NCBI GenBank assembly: GCA_013239625.1 | Contig: MU054323.1 | Span: forward strand, 14,946,029-15,010,028 | Source of the DNA: Lama guanicoe | Taxonomy: Eukaryota | Reading direction: 5' to 3' | Length of the DNA stretch: 64,000 bases | Shown here: piece by piece, positions 26,319 through 40,029 of the stretch | Numbering within the stretch: position 1 is the first letter of the stretch | How the letters are laid out: each line of letters starts with the position of its first letter | Position numbers and translations under genes: made by a program | The notes under the pieces: model-generated | The model's input: the letters and a program-made list of their open reading frames with translations, nothing else | What the model was told of the DNA's origin: nothing | The model's database searches: none

Positions 26319-26693
26319 TGCTATGGATTGAATGTTTGTGGCCCACGAAAATTCACATATTGAAACTCTAATCCCAAGTGTGATGCTATTTGGAGGTGGG
26401 ACTTTCAGAAGATAATTAGGGTTAGATAAGACCGTGAGATGATGGGATCGTATCCTTATAAGAGGAGGAAGAGACTGAAATGTGTACTTTCTCTGTCTCT
26501 CTCTCTCTGCCATATAAGGATATAGCAAGAAAGCAGTCATCTGCAAGCCAGGAAGTGGGCTCTTACCAGAACCAGACCATGCCAGCATCCTGATCTTAGA
26601 CTTCCAGCCTCCAGAATTATGAGAAATAAATTTCTGTTATTTAAGCCACCCCGTATATGGTATTTTGTTTAGCAGCCCAAACTGACTAAGACA
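26319..26693 (+). mobile_element. MaLR MLT1A-like solo LTR
   Basis: tgctatggattgaatgtttgtg...gcagcccaaactgactaagaca; perfect 5-bp TSD ctgat (26314-18 / 26694-98). Confidence 0.95.
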
Positions 26694-29297
26694 CTGATAG
26701 ATTACCCTTACATATGATCAATTTATTAAAACCTATTTTCACCTAAAAAGCAGAGTAAGGGGAGAGTGGCACAGATGACCAACAGATTTATATGGATGGT
26801 GGCGCTGACAAATCCTTTAATAAAGCAATGGGTTGATGAAGTGATGCTATAATAAAGAATCATCACTATAGTCTCTGATCGTGGGGGCACTGGGAATGCA
26901 TAGGAGGCTGAGAAAGAACAGATGCCACAAGGACAATGAGAGGATAAAAAATTCTGAATACATCAGTTTTGCCTAGGGAAGTCTCTTCCTGTGTTATTTT
27001 GCAGAATTTTGCTCCTCCCCTCAGAATAAACAGAATCAGCCCAGGTGTTTTATAGCCCAGCTGGCTGGGTGAGGGCAGCCAGGCTCAGACAGCCAAGGAC
27101 TTCTGAACGTTTGATTTGTAGCTGTAAATTCAGCTCGTTCTTGAGATTCACAGTGAGCATCCCAAAAGATACAACTTCAAAAAGAAATCACAGATTTAAA
27201 ATGTTTTTCATCATATGCTATTCTGCCTTAGAATTTCATTATTTATCCCAAAGTAGTTTTGTTTCCAAAAGTTTGAAGAATCAAAATTACTGTTATGAAA
27301 TGTCCCTCAGTCCTATTCAATCTGTTTGGCTATATAGCTGAGTATCTGTTTTGTAAGCATTTATCACTTTAATAGGAAAGGCCTGAAAGGGGGAAAAAAG
27401 AGCACTTGTTAGGATTTATTTTATTTATTGTAAAAGGTTCTAGCCTCTCGGTCCCAGAAATTGTCTCTTTAGCTCATTCTCCTAAGTCATATTTAATTTA
27501 CTTCAGAAGCAATACATATTTTGTGTCACACAGTCTATACACCAGAGTTGGGTTGTTTTATTACCCAAGACCATTTCCTTCTGTGATATATACTCACTCA
27601 CAAAATTCGAAGGACTCCTCTTTTTGTATGGGGTTTTCTATGCAATCTTTCTTTCATTCATAATAAATCTCTTAAAAACAAAATCTACATCATTAGTTTA
27701 CTCATAAAAGAATTATTATTTTTTTAATTTAAATGATGAAAAACATAAATATGGTAATCATAGGCTTCCTGACCTTTATTTGTAAAAAAAGAAAAAAGAA
27801 AAAAGAAATCCCTATGCTTTCCAAGCATATGATCTCACTGAGTTTTTATCACACATCCTGTGATAGGTATTACACTGTTAAAGAACAGGAGACTTTCGTT
27901 GGTAAACGACCAAAGATGATGCTGCCAATTAGGTTACACTCTATGTTTCCCTGTCTTCTCTCTTCATTTTAGAATCTTGGACTCTTGGGTTTCCACACTG
28001 GCTGAGGCTGTGGTAGATTTCTCCAGTGAATTACAAACACTAGCCTATGAAGAAGTATGTGTAAATCGATGATGTAATTATGAGATCTTAGAAGTTGTGG
28101 TCTTACAGACCAAATCATGGGAGATATGCAGAATCCAATAAGAGGTCTTTTTTAATATCCACAAAATTGCTGTGGCCAGTCATAGAAGAAGAATATAAAA
28201 ATAATCTTGCATTTATTAATCAGAGAAAGACTGGTTAAAGGAAGTTATCTGCTACCTCTCAGAGATGTTGAAAACTCAACTCATGAAAAATATTTGGTGG
28301 ATGGGATGAAAACCCAACAGAAACCAACTGAATCTAAACCGTTTAGACTAAGAATGCCTATTGTACAAGCAACTAGAATCAAGAATGCACATTGTCTCAG
28401 TGGTGCAAGATGAACTGGGTTTATTCAGCATCCAAGCAGAAAGCCCTCTAGTCAACAAGCTGTCCTAGTTCTCATGGGATGGGAAGCTCCAACTTACCCG
28501 GAATAGTATAGCTATTTCCTTAGTGAGACTGTATCTCTCAACCCCGGCAAGCCTTAGGTATCCAGATGATCAAATTTACTTTGCACTTTGTAAAATCGAA
28601 GGATGAAAGAATTAAAACATATTTTTTAAAGGTTCAGTGGAATTTAATGGACTAAGTTTAAAACGAGCCTGACTAAGTTTATTCATTTCAGTTTGAACTG
28701 ATTGAAAATTATTACCACCTCATAGTGATCCTTAAAGTTTACTAGATTAACAAATAGTATAATCACATGTGGACACTGAATTTAAAGGTGTAAGAAAAAA
28801 CAGGTTTTAAACTATTCCTTTAATAAAAATTAATTCTAACTTAAAATCTCAAGTAACAATCGTTCATTTATTTTCTGCTCACAAAAGCCTTCCCCCAACA
28901 ACTCCAGAAAAACCAAAAACATAAACAAAACTTCACCAGGACACATGACATCCCAGTCAGGAAAAAACCTGTCTGCTCTGTGTTGGGTAAATAACAGTTA
29001 CACCTGGAGTCAGCAGTAGACACTCTCCCTGCCCATCTTTTTTCCTCTTTCAGATATCAAAATGCTGTTTTAAACAATGTATGTACCCTGAGAAGGCTTG
29101 CTCCTAACCATCCCCATCTAATCTTTCTACTAAGCACGTAACTGTTTTTACTGATTTCTGTTTATTCTTTCAGACTTTCATCAAAGAGAAAGGGGACAAA
29201 GCAGTTGTTCCTTGACTTCTCTGACCCCACAGAGAACACCAAATTGATTACAACAGAAATGGGTAAGGAGGAGGTAGATGAGGTTGGATATTTTCAT

Positions 29298-29596
29298 TGT
29301 GAAAGACAAAATGCACCAGATAATTAAGATAATTTTATTCAGGCTCTTGCACTAGCGGGAAAATATTCATTAATGAGAAATTCCTAAAAGAAGAGAGAGA
29401 AAAGCTGGGATTTTATAAAACATGGGCGTCACTGAGGAGAGGTGGAGGTGGGTCTTGTCGTGGAATATGCCGGGGCAGGATGGTCTGTTGTTAACCTAGC
29501 AATCTGTCAGAACAGAAGATGGGGGTTGGGAGGGAATTTTCCAACCATCCTTACTTTACAGAAGCACAGGACTCTAGATGAAGTTCAACACTGTCA
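29298..29596 (-). mobile_element. short solo LTR, probably ERV1 class
   Basis: TG...CA ends; 4-bp TSD tcat (29294-97 / 29597-600); minus-strand TATAAAA (~29411-17) upstream of AATAAA (~29334-39). Confidence 0.6.
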
Positions 29597-31212
29597 TCAT
29601 AAACACACATCAAGCTAGATTTTCAACAATGATTGTGACTAAAACAATTAGTGTCCTGGAAAAAAATGAACATTTGGTTTTCATTTTTTTCCTTCTTTTA
29701 TTTTTATTCCTATGAAACTATGTCAGTTTGAAATACTTTTAGCACAAAAGCACATGCAAGATGAAATTTAATGTAAAACTTCTGCATTCAAAGTTAACAA
29801 CATATGTCCTTTCTTGAAAAACACTTCTTTATTTTAAGATGATGCCCTCTCTACTTTTTTTAATTAAAATTTCCTGTCAACTAGAAAATGATCATACATG
29901 ATACATTTTAGTAAATATCATTCTTTTTAAGATAAAAAAGTCAGTAACTATATATTTGTAGTCCTAATGTTTTGTTAATCAATTCAGTCATTTGAATCCA
30001 AAAGCATGGGAGATTTTTTTATAAAGTAATGCAGTTGAGGGGGGACACAAAGTCTTAAAATCTACTCTCAAAGATCCTTTCTGTGGTGCTCTTTTATCAT
30101 GCAAATATTCTAGAAGATTTAACATGTATCATTAATAACTAAAGTTTTCTTATCAGTTTCCAGTTGGGATGACCTGGGGCAGCTAAAGATTAGAATTTTT
30201 GAAGAAAAAAGGAGAAAAAAGAAAAGGGTCACTTGATGAGGAGGCAAAAAAAATGATCTAAATACACTTGCCTTGAATTATAATTTTGCCAAAGGCCACA
30301 TTTAGACACTGCTTGGCTACAGCTTAACATTTTAAATGTTTCACTCCTTTCTTCACAGAAAACAAACCACCAAATTATTCAAGCTCATTATCCTCTATTC
30401 TTACTACAGGACTTCAGAGTACTGACTTGAAAGTTACAGGATCCAGTTCAGGGAAAGCAATTAAGGCAGAAAAGTCAGAGCATGGGTTCAGCCATCAATA
30501 GTATGTGTCCAATTAGAGGCAGACAGCTTGGGGTACTGGGCAGGCAGGCAAGATGAGCCCTACCATCAGCTATGGCTAGAGACAAGTAGTCAATGTCAAG
30601 TACACTCATGGTGACCAAGAAGTGGGTTCTAACATCTTGCAGTAAGAATAAATGCAGGTCAGAAAACAGTGTTGGGTGAATGAAACACAAAAATGTGCCC
30701 TGGGATACACAGTCAGGATGCCACCTCCCCAGTGAAGTGCACAGACTCCACTAGACTTCTAAAACCAAGAAATGCACTCAGGTCAAATATAATGAAATGG
30801 AAACCTAGTTAACTGTAGTATATGGCCTGACAATTAGAACCATGTAACCAGTCAGAAAAAGACCATAACAGCTAGCTGGCTTAATATAGATTCTATAGGT
30901 CTAAAAGTGACTACCTTTCTACTACTGGGAGCCAAAATATTTCTATAAGCAAGAGTGGGGCTAGGGCTTTAAGTAAGGGTGACTGAAATTGCAGAAAACA
31001 GAGGAAACTGTAACAGGAACAAACAAGTGGTTTCAAAATCAGAACCATGTGGCCATTCATTTGGGTACCTGAAACGGTGATCTAGAGAGGATAACTGGGC
31101 AAATTTTGAGGATCATTAATCCAAAATAAAATATTACTGTATAATCCAAGTCACAAATTCTTTATAGATTTCTAATCCAGGAAAGGAATTGACCTCAAAA
31201 TGTAGGAAATTC

Positions 31213-31336
31213 TTTCTGAGGGGGAGTTAATTAGGTTTCTTCACTGATTTCCGCCTGGAGGAGGTAGCAGGGATTGAACCCGGGACATCTTGTGTGCTGA
31301 ACATGCCCTCTACCACTTGAGCTCTACCCTTCCCCC
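31213..31336 (-). mobile_element. tRNA-derived camelid SINE (Vic-1 type)
   Basis: reverse of gggaagggtagagctcaagtggtagag...ggttcaatccctgctacctcc (Pol III A and B boxes); degraded TSD aaaatgtaggaaattct/aaagcacaggaaactct. Confidence 0.85.
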
Positions 31337-31481
31337 AAAGCACAGGAAACTCTAAAGACCAGGGTGGGAAAGAAAGAGGAAGCAATTGAATGGAATGGGG
31401 AGGTGTGACATATTCTGAGGATCCTATGATAACCTCTATGTCCTGAGGTATGCTAGGAGAAAGAAAGTGTAATAGGAAAAA

Positions 31482-31540
31482 GCGTGCGTGTGTGTGTGCG
31501 TGTGTATGCGTGCATGCGTGCGTGTGTGTGTGTGTGTGCA
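31482..31540. repeat. (TG/CG)n alternating purine-pyrimidine tract
   Basis: 59 bp of unbroken R/Y alternation. Confidence 0.9.
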
Positions 31541-32019
31541 ATATTTGGGAGATATCCAAATCTAATCATGTTGACTAAATGGCTAAGCTATATTTAAGAG
31601 TAACGATGTTATTTCTATTGGAAGCTAAGCTGTTTCTATAAAATTTTTCATAAAAAGATGCAAGTGAAAAAATTTAAGTTTACTAAGGTTAAGCATACAG
31701 CTTTTTCCCCAGGATATTTTAAAGAAGTCCCTTCTTGTATTAAAGGTTTCCACTTGATACCTAAACGACAATATACCCTTGAGCTGACTGAACTGAGTAG
31801 GTCTCAGAAGCTCTGTTTCCCTAAAGCAAGTATCCTTGTTGAAGCCATAACTTAAACACACAATGTTGGCCTTTTAGTATAGCACAAAATGATATGCTAC
31901 ACCCAGCAAAACATAAGGACAACTGTATTAAGAATTTTTTCCTCCTTCCCCTAAAAGTCTAAATTCTTTGACTTACTTAATATTGCAGAGGAAAAATTAG
32001 TAAATGAAAGAACAGAGGG

Positions 32020-32340
32020 GAAATAATATTTATTAACTATCTGTTGTATAAAAGACAAGATGTTAAGGTACTTCTACTTGTCTTAATTTATTCTTCGTAT
32101 CTCATTTATACTTCAGTCATTCTCAGATGAACTATCTCATTTATTCCTCATTAACCCCTGTACACATGTCATCCCAGTTAGTCCTTATAAGAGACTGGGT
32201 GTCAGATGTTTTTATTCAGATTTTATAGATAAGAAAACTGATGCTCAGATATATTAGGTAACAAGTCACAATACTGTTAATGAGAACCAGAGAGAAAACA
32301 TTCCAACCTAGACGTGCTGGGTCTCAAAACCAGTGCGTTG
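32020..32340 (-). mobile_element. MIR fragments
   Basis: attttatagataagaaaactgatgctcagatatattaggtaac. Confidence 0.6.
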
Positions 32341-32619
32341 CTAATGTCTGGCTAATGTCCAAATCAGGTACTTGCACCCAATAGTAAATATGACCATAAG
32401 GTAATTTTCTATGTCACTCTAGTAGCTGATATCAGTCAAGTCACCAGGAAATATTATAATAACATAGATGAACTTAATTTGGGTTGCTTTCCCAATTCCA
32501 TCTCTTCCTTTCTTCTCCCAGTTCAAAGACTTTCCCTTCCATGAAGCATTTCTTAAATTTGCTGCCTGCCTTCACCCATGAGACTCCTCTGCACTATACT
32601 CACACCTGTTTTAAGACCA

Positions 32620-33470
32620 GTATATTAGTCAGGACTAGATGTGGCTCCATATAACATGAAGTCCAAATGGCACACTTAAACCACACAAGTCTATTTAAAT
32701 CTCACATAAAAGAAGGCCAGAGGTAGGGCTTCCAGGGCCAGAAAAACAGTTCACAATACCACCAAGTCCCAGACTACTTCTACATTTCTTCTCTACCATC
32801 CTTAGTGTGTATACCTCATCCTCAGATATGCCACATGGCTCAACATGCCAGCTGGGGCTCAAATTATTAACAGGTCCAAATTTCTAACTCAATGTACAAC
32901 TTTTAAAAAGGAGTGTTACCAGAAATCCCATCTGACCGCTTTTGTTTATAGCTCTGTATTAGTTTCCTAGGGCTTCTGTAACAAAGTATGGCAAACTGGG
33001 TATACTAAAAAAGAAAAAAGAAATTTATGTCTCATGATTCTGGAGTCTAGAAGTCTGAAATGAAGGCATTAGCAGGGCCATGCTCCTTCTGAGATCCCTG
33101 GTAGCGTCCTTCCTTCCTAGCCTCTTCCTAGCTTCTGGTGTGGCCATCAATTCTTTATGTCCTTTGAGGACACCGGTCATTGGATTGAGGTCCCCACCTA
33201 ATCCAGCATAAACTCATCTTAACTGATTACATATGCAACAACCCTGTTTCCAAATAAGGTCACACTGTGAGGTACTCGGGTTTAGGAATTTAACATATCT
33301 TTTTAGGGGAAACAATTCAACACGTAACAACCTCAACAGATAGAGCTTAGTCACATGTCCACAACAAAATGCAAGCATGACGGGAAGTGTCATCACTGAC
33401 TAGGTATTATCACCCCAAATTATACTGGTGCTGTTACTAAGAAAGACGAGAACAGATACTGACTGTCTGT
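32620..33470 (-). mobile_element. old MLT1 (J/K-like) LTR interrupted by a younger MLT1
   Basis: tatattagtcagga...; resumes cttagtcacatgtccac...tgcaag...gggaagtgt after the insert. Confidence 0.6.
32955..33329 (-). mobile_element. MaLR MLT1C-like solo LTR, nested
   Basis: tgtattagtttcctagggc...ccaaataaggtcacac...aattcaacacgtaaca; TSD agctc/acctc. Confidence 0.9.
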
Positions 33471-33479
33471 CTAATCAAA

Positions 33480-33580
33480 TACTGCTTGTCACTGAGCACT
33501 TACACAGCATCCAGTATGCTGTGTGGCATGTAACAGACCCTCACTAAATATTTGTTGAATAAACAAGTGAATGAATGATC
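33480..33580 (+). mobile_element. L2 3' terminus
   Basis: taaatatttgttgaataaacaagtgaatgaatga. Confidence 0.75.
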
Positions 33581-34569
33581 TAGAATTACACTGATGAGAA
33601 GAAAGCACATGGTAATGGGACAACTTTATAAAGTCCAATAAACTAAAGTCTTACCGAATACCGGAAATCCTAATTTTACCTGAAGAAGATCTGCTTTACA
33701 GTTTTTGAAGGTATCTTAATAATCTAGAATGAAGTTCATGTCAGAGACTTTGTATGCATTTGCTCACAATCTGGAAATACCATAAGCCCTGGGCAAGGAG
33801 GAAGGAGGCTTTCTGCCCACGCCTTGTCAGCAGGCCTTTATTACTAGAAGTGGTTGGGACTACCCAGCAGGGCATACGAGACCTAAAAGCAAAGAATGCA
33901 AGTGGGAGGCCCAGGAACCAAATCCAACTTGCAGAGATCCTTGGTGGGCACCAGAGGGTTTTTTCAAATTTTTAATTTATTGCCAATTTGAAACGTGAGG
34001 AGATTTGAGATAGGAATTTGTATTTTCAACTTTTTTTGAAAACCTGAAGATATGGTGACACTGAACTCAAATAAATATACAGCAATTACTGGCTCAGTCT
34101 GAGTACCAGCTGTCCACTTGAGATGGGGAAAGCATTCACTGTTTTTCCAGTTGCCCTTCTTCACAAATTTATGTTTCTTCCCTGAACTCTCAAGGCTTGT
34201 GAGTTTGTCACTCTTAGTCTAATGTCATCTAGAAAACCTAACATAGGTGACCGCATATACATAAATGTCTTCAGTGTTAAAGTATTAGTATTTATAGCAA
34301 ATAATAAAAGAACTGTAGCTATGGGTGTGTGACATGGGAAAATAAGCTGTATCTCTAAATTGTGTAATACACTGCTCAGGCTTCTTTCTCACCAGACTGT
34401 TGACAGCAGAAAGATGTGTCTTTCTTTTCATCTCATGTTTTGGTGCCACTGACCAATGCATAAAGGAAAACTAGTATGTTGGTCCTAAAGAAACAATATG
34501 TGGAGATACATAGATATATACAGATATAAATATACATATCTATATACACAAACACACATACTTACCAAC

Positions 34570-37560
34570 TTGTTGAAAAAATGTTTATTAAACATATTGC
34601 CAAGCACTATTCATAGTGTCGGATTTTAGCAGGGAAAAAAATAGACCCAAATCCCTGCCCTCATAGATATTTTGTATCTTGTTAGTGTTTAGGGAGAAAG
34701 GGGAAAGAAGAGAATAATAAACAAATAAATATTTTAAACTGTAATAGTCAGATCGTGATGACAGGTTTTAAGAAAAATAAAGAAGGAAAATGGAATAGGA
34801 AGTCTGGGTCAATATAATTTTTTAAAAGATACTTAGGGAAATATCACTCAAGGAGACAGTACTTGAAGGAGATAGAAAACAAGCCATGCAGTATCTTGGA
34901 GAAGAACTGTCAAAGCAGAGGGTAAAACAAGAGCAAAGGACTTGAGATGATGGGAGCATTACTGACTATTTGGATGAATGATCAAGAGGGATAATAGCAG
35001 AAGGTAGGGCCAAGGAAGTTGTGGGAGGGCAAATCATGTTGGCTGCTATATGCCATTCTAAGTAGCATGGCTCTACTCTGAGGTGGATAGAAGCCAAGGA
35101 GTAGGTAGAGCAGAGATATGATACCACCTGATACGTTATTTTCAGGTATCATTTTGATTCCTGTGTCATGTCAGACTGTAGGAGGGGAAGAGAAGAAGAG
35201 GAATATTAAGGAGTCTATCCAGGCAAGAGAGAATGTTGACTTGGCCCAAGATAAAAGCAATGAGAATGGTGAGGTGTCCCCAGAAGTGGAATATATTTTA
35301 AGGTAGGATTTGCTCATGCATTGTATGTGGCATATAAGAGACGACTCTAAGGATTTTGGCCTGAGAAACTGGAAAGTAAAGTCACCATTTACTAAGATGG
35401 AGAGGACTGAAATGATTCCATTATGAGCGGGGCAGGACTGGGGGCTTGATCAGGAATTTACTTTGAGTTTTAGATGCTTACCAGACATTCAAATAGGCTA
35501 AAGATGCCTGGGCTAAAGATAGATTTTGGAATACTACTGTAGAAAAATGGTAATAAAAATTATGAAAGTAAATGGTATTACCAAGAGACTATGTGAGAAA
35601 GAGAAATAGAATTCTGAGGATTGAACCAGGGGTACACCAATATTTAAAGTCTGAGGAGACAAGAAAGAGTAAGCAAAGGGGTGGCAGTGAGTTAGGAGTA
35701 AAGCCAGAAGAGTGGTGTTCTAGGAAGCTGGTGTAGAAGGTTGAAAAAAAGAGGAAGGTTGAAAATTAGGTCAAGCGCAGCTGACAGGTCAAGAAAGATC
35801 AAGATTTAGAATTGATTACTGGGTTTAACAAAGGAATAAAATTTTGTGCCTTGAAAAGAACAGTTTTGGCAGAGTGGTGGATGGAAGCAAGACCCTGACT
35901 GAGAAGTTTTCAAGAGAGACGCAAAAGGTATAGACACTGATTTCAACTATTAGTTTCTAAACGGTAACAATGAAATTATAAGAAACTAGAGGAGAATGAG
36001 GAGACTAGGGAAGTTTTTTGGTTTTGATTTTGTTTGTTTAAATTTGGGAGAAATTGCAGATATTTATAAACTGGTTAGTAAGGTCTAGTAAAAAGGAGAA
36101 AATATTTGAATCAGAGAGCAGGAAGAAAATGTCCACACTGGTATTTTGACCAGGGTGAGAGGAAAGTAGATGCCCAAGTGGATGGTTCACCTTTACAAAG
36201 AGAACGGTCAGTGGTCAGTTCATTCACAGGAGATGAAAAGCATAATGAACAGATGCAAATGCAGGTAAATAGGTAGATGTTGTAAAGAGAACCTGCAGAC
36301 ATTGTCTTCTGATTTTCATTATTTTCTCAGTGTATTAAAGCAAAGTAATCAGTTAAGAATGAGGATAGAAGACTGGAAGTTTTTGAAAAGAGAGAAGGTA
36401 GGAAAAACTGGCCTAGCAGAGTGAGAATGCATGAACTAGGGCAGTAAAGGAGGATGAATCAGTAGCACTGAGAGTCCACTCAAGATTAGACGTTCATGGA
36501 CTTAGAGAGAGACCAGAAAGCCTGGTTTTGTATATTGCCCCAACTACATTTGCTGTGCAGGTGCAGCGACAATATAGATAGAAGTATTTAACCAGGTTTG
36601 AAATTTTGCCAGGCAAGTATGGTAAAGTGAGATGAGTAAGGAAGTTGGAGACGTATGTAAAGGAGAGATTTAATCCCCAATGACAGAATCTAACTTGGGT
36701 AAAGAAGCATCTATAGAGGGTGATGAAGGAGGGTAAGTAAGTGGAAAGATCTATAGATTATGTCAATAAGCTCACAGTATTGTTGAATTGGGGTATTAGA
36801 AAAGGTGAGATGGAAAGATATAAAGAAATACTTGGAAAGTGGGACACCTGAAATTAAAGCTATAAAGATGTTACCTTTTGTAATAGTGATGATGTCATCT
36901 AGGGTATGGCCACAGGATTGAATGGCTGCGGAAGGGTGAAAGACAAGATCATTGGAGAGGAAGTGGGCAAAGAAGTTTGAGACCAGTATATTAGAGGAAT
37001 CATCTAAGTGAATATTGAAGTCACCAAGGAACTTCACAGCTGAAAAGGAGTTCACATCTTTCAGAACCAAGGGGAATAGATGTTGAGGCCAGTGGATGAC
37101 TAGGGAAAATTTTTGTTTTAATTTTTAAAAGGGGTAGTTTGTGACATGTTTTGATCACATGATATTCAAAACTTCGTGATTATAGGGAGAAAGCCAAAGT
37201 GTCTAGAAGCAGTCATAATAAGCAAAGACTTTTATCCCATTTCAAGTTAGATATTATTAATAATGTGGGAAAGAAAACATCTACCACTTGAGAGGGCAAA
37301 GATGGAAAGAGGAAAATCAGGGCAAAAGATAAAAAAGCTTGAGAGAACAAGAGAACAGCTTGAAAGTATGACAGATATAAGCTCTTAATATAACTCATAT
37401 AACCGCTTGATTAACCATGAATTCCAGAAGGCAGGGTGATAGTTAAGGAGAAGTAGGATGGAGTGAGACAAAAGGAAGGCTGACAGTCCAGAGGATGAGA
37501 TCTGGTATTCCTGCTGTAAGTGATAAAAACAGGAATTAAAAACAAATAGATTAGTCTTCA
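34570..37560 (-). mobile_element. long L2 LINE including ORF2 endonuclease remnant
   Basis: reverse L2 3' region from ~34570; ORF 36711-37070(-) reads LGDFNIH...GHTLD, motifs of the APE-type endonuclease of L2/CR1 elements. Confidence 0.85.
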
Positions 37561-37862
37561 TAGAGTTGGGACTAGGGTCAGGGGAGAGTAAGGCACTGGC
37601 TTTCAGGGGCAAAATTTAAGGATGCATCAAATAAAAAGTCTATGATAAACAAATGATCAGAATTTTAAATAAAAACAAGATTAGTGCTACTGATTTTTCC
37701 TATTGCTTCAGACTCTAACATGGCTAGGCACAGCACTGTTCCTAAATCCATGAATTTCTGCATTAATTTTTATGTTTTTAAATATTACATTCAAATCATA
37801 TGTATCCTTAATTTTGACCTCTGAGGTCAGTGCCTCACTGGAATCATCTTAGTCCTGCCCTC
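37561..37862. mobile_element. hAT MITE (MER96B-like)
   Basis: gggactagggtcagggg...aggcactggc...gcaaaatttaagg at one end, gtgcctcact...tagtcctgccct at the other (imperfect inverted termini). Confidence 0.65.
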
Positions 37863-38289
37863 AGGCTAAAAAAAGTGGTGGGGGAGGGGACTGTGAATGC
37901 TTTGTGAATAGGAGAAAACAGAGCATGCTGAGCCCTGGAGTTCTGTGTTCATTTCTACCAATGATGATATGTTGCTTTTAGCTGGAATCCACAGATTTTT
38001 CCCGATTTCTAACAATGAAGGGGTTAAGGCCAGGGGAGGACCCACCCCAACACCACTGCAAATTCATTGTCTTCTTTAGGAATCAAGGATCTGAGACCTG
38101 GATTCAGAGGTGATGATGTATTTGACGTGCTCTGACAAGATAGATGCTAACTGTCCATCAAAAGAAGAGGGAAAATGTCACTGACTAAGATCCTAAATCT
38201 ATACCTCTGCTTCTTAGATGTGATTCATTGCTTGTAAATGGGACCAGAAGAGTTCTTAGAAAAATATAATTACAACTATGTTCATCTTG

Positions 38290-38480
38290 AACTTAACTTG
38301 TCCCAAACTGCTCTCCTAATTTTCCACTCCTGCCCCAAACTCCTGCTCCTGCAGCTCCCTCATCTCAGTAAATGGCAACTCCATTCTCCAGTTCCCCTAG
38401 GACACACCCCATGCAGTACTACTGTCTCTTCAGTGCCTATAACGGTGACTGAAACATAACAGGTAAACAAATGAATACAA
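38290..38480 (+). mobile_element. L2 fragment
   Basis: cttaacttgtcccaaactg...ccctcatctcagtaaatggcaactccattctccagtt. Confidence 0.7.
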
Positions 38481-40029
38481 TGTGTATTATGAACAAGGGA
38501 ACGTGTTTATCTGAGACAGAAATAACGTAACATGTGATTAAGATGTGAAGGTTGTCATGGGAAAGCTCAGAATCAAGTAGAGTTGATAAGGATAAGTGTA
38601 AAATCATACTGTATTTATAGCTCCATCCCATTCCAAAAAGATATAAATCACTCTACACAGATATATGCAATAAAGCTAGTTTAAATCTTTGAAGAAGATT
38701 GCGAGACAGTAAAATAAACTCAGGAAAAAGAAAATGAAGCTAGAAGTACACCAAAGATACATCAAAAGCTCTGGAAGTTTTAATAGAGATAAGCGGCAAA
38801 TGTGACTCTGAGCTTGCTGGTACTCAGTGTGAAGTAAAAGCCCATTCAAATACTCAGTTTACAGTTCTTGTAAGAATTTAAAAATACTTAACAGTGAATA
38901 ATAAGATCTTTCTTCAAAGGAAAGAAAAACAAATGCACTTGACAGTGAGATCTGAGGGAACTTCTCATGGGTCCTCCTAAAGGACCTAATGTGACTATAA
39001 TAAATCAGGTTCTCAACAACATTTCTGAAGTACACTCAGCAATGACTTTCAAAAGTCTATTCCAGAAGACTCCGCAATGAAGGACAGTGGCTATAACCAA
39101 CTTATAACTCAATGAAAGCCAAAATAATTGTATTCCAAAACCACAATGCTTTGATATTCTAAACTAAGTCATAATTGAAATTTAAAGGAGCTAGAGCAAC
39201 AACTGGCTTCTCCTTCAAGTTTCTGAACACCTTATTAACTCCTGAGGAACACTGTGATACAGGAAACTTAGTCTGGGAAACACTGTTGTAACATTAAACA
39301 TATATACTGTATTCTCCAGAAAACCTTCCATAATTAATTCTTTGACAACCATTCTCTAGACATTCTTAATGACAACATCATCTTCAAGGCTGAAAAATAG
39401 CCGCCCCCACACACACAAAACCCCCTGTATTTAAAAAGAGTTATACAGTTCACTTTCAAGAAAATGTCCAGGCCTGTGGTTAAAGGAAGAAAGCTTTTTA
39501 AATAAACTGATCTATTCCAGAGGTTGGTTACTTTTCTTTTTTAAGATTTAAAATCAATGCATTTACTTGGTAACAAGGCAATCTACAGCAGCTGAACAAA
39601 CACATAAGCCAGTCACCGAACTCAGAGAACCCAGAGCTTCCCAGAGTTTCAACTCACAGTTTGACAGGCAGCAAATGACAAGCTCTACTCAACAAAAACA
39701 AAAAAAAAGAGCACTTACTTCATTCACTTTTATGTCCTTATGACAGGTGAGGTGACGGGTGACACAGATGTTATGAATGAGCTGGAAACAGTTCATGGTC
39801 TATTCACTGAAAAATCAATGAAGTGAGAGCAGATAAGTTAGTCCTTCCCCTTGTGCACCTGTTCTTCATAGACATGAAATTAAACATTTAGCAGCATGAA
39901 CCTATCCCTCCTGCCACAGTCCTTACCACCTCCTACAGCTCTCACCACCTCCTAACATACTGGTTCAAAAATGAACAAATAGCAGGGTTTTTTCTTACAT
40001 TCCACCTAAACTCTCCTACATATTTTCAA

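Noticed and set aside
38110..38136. C/D box snoRNA (tgatga...ctga)
   Set aside because: Boxes are only ~15 nt apart, with no terminal stem
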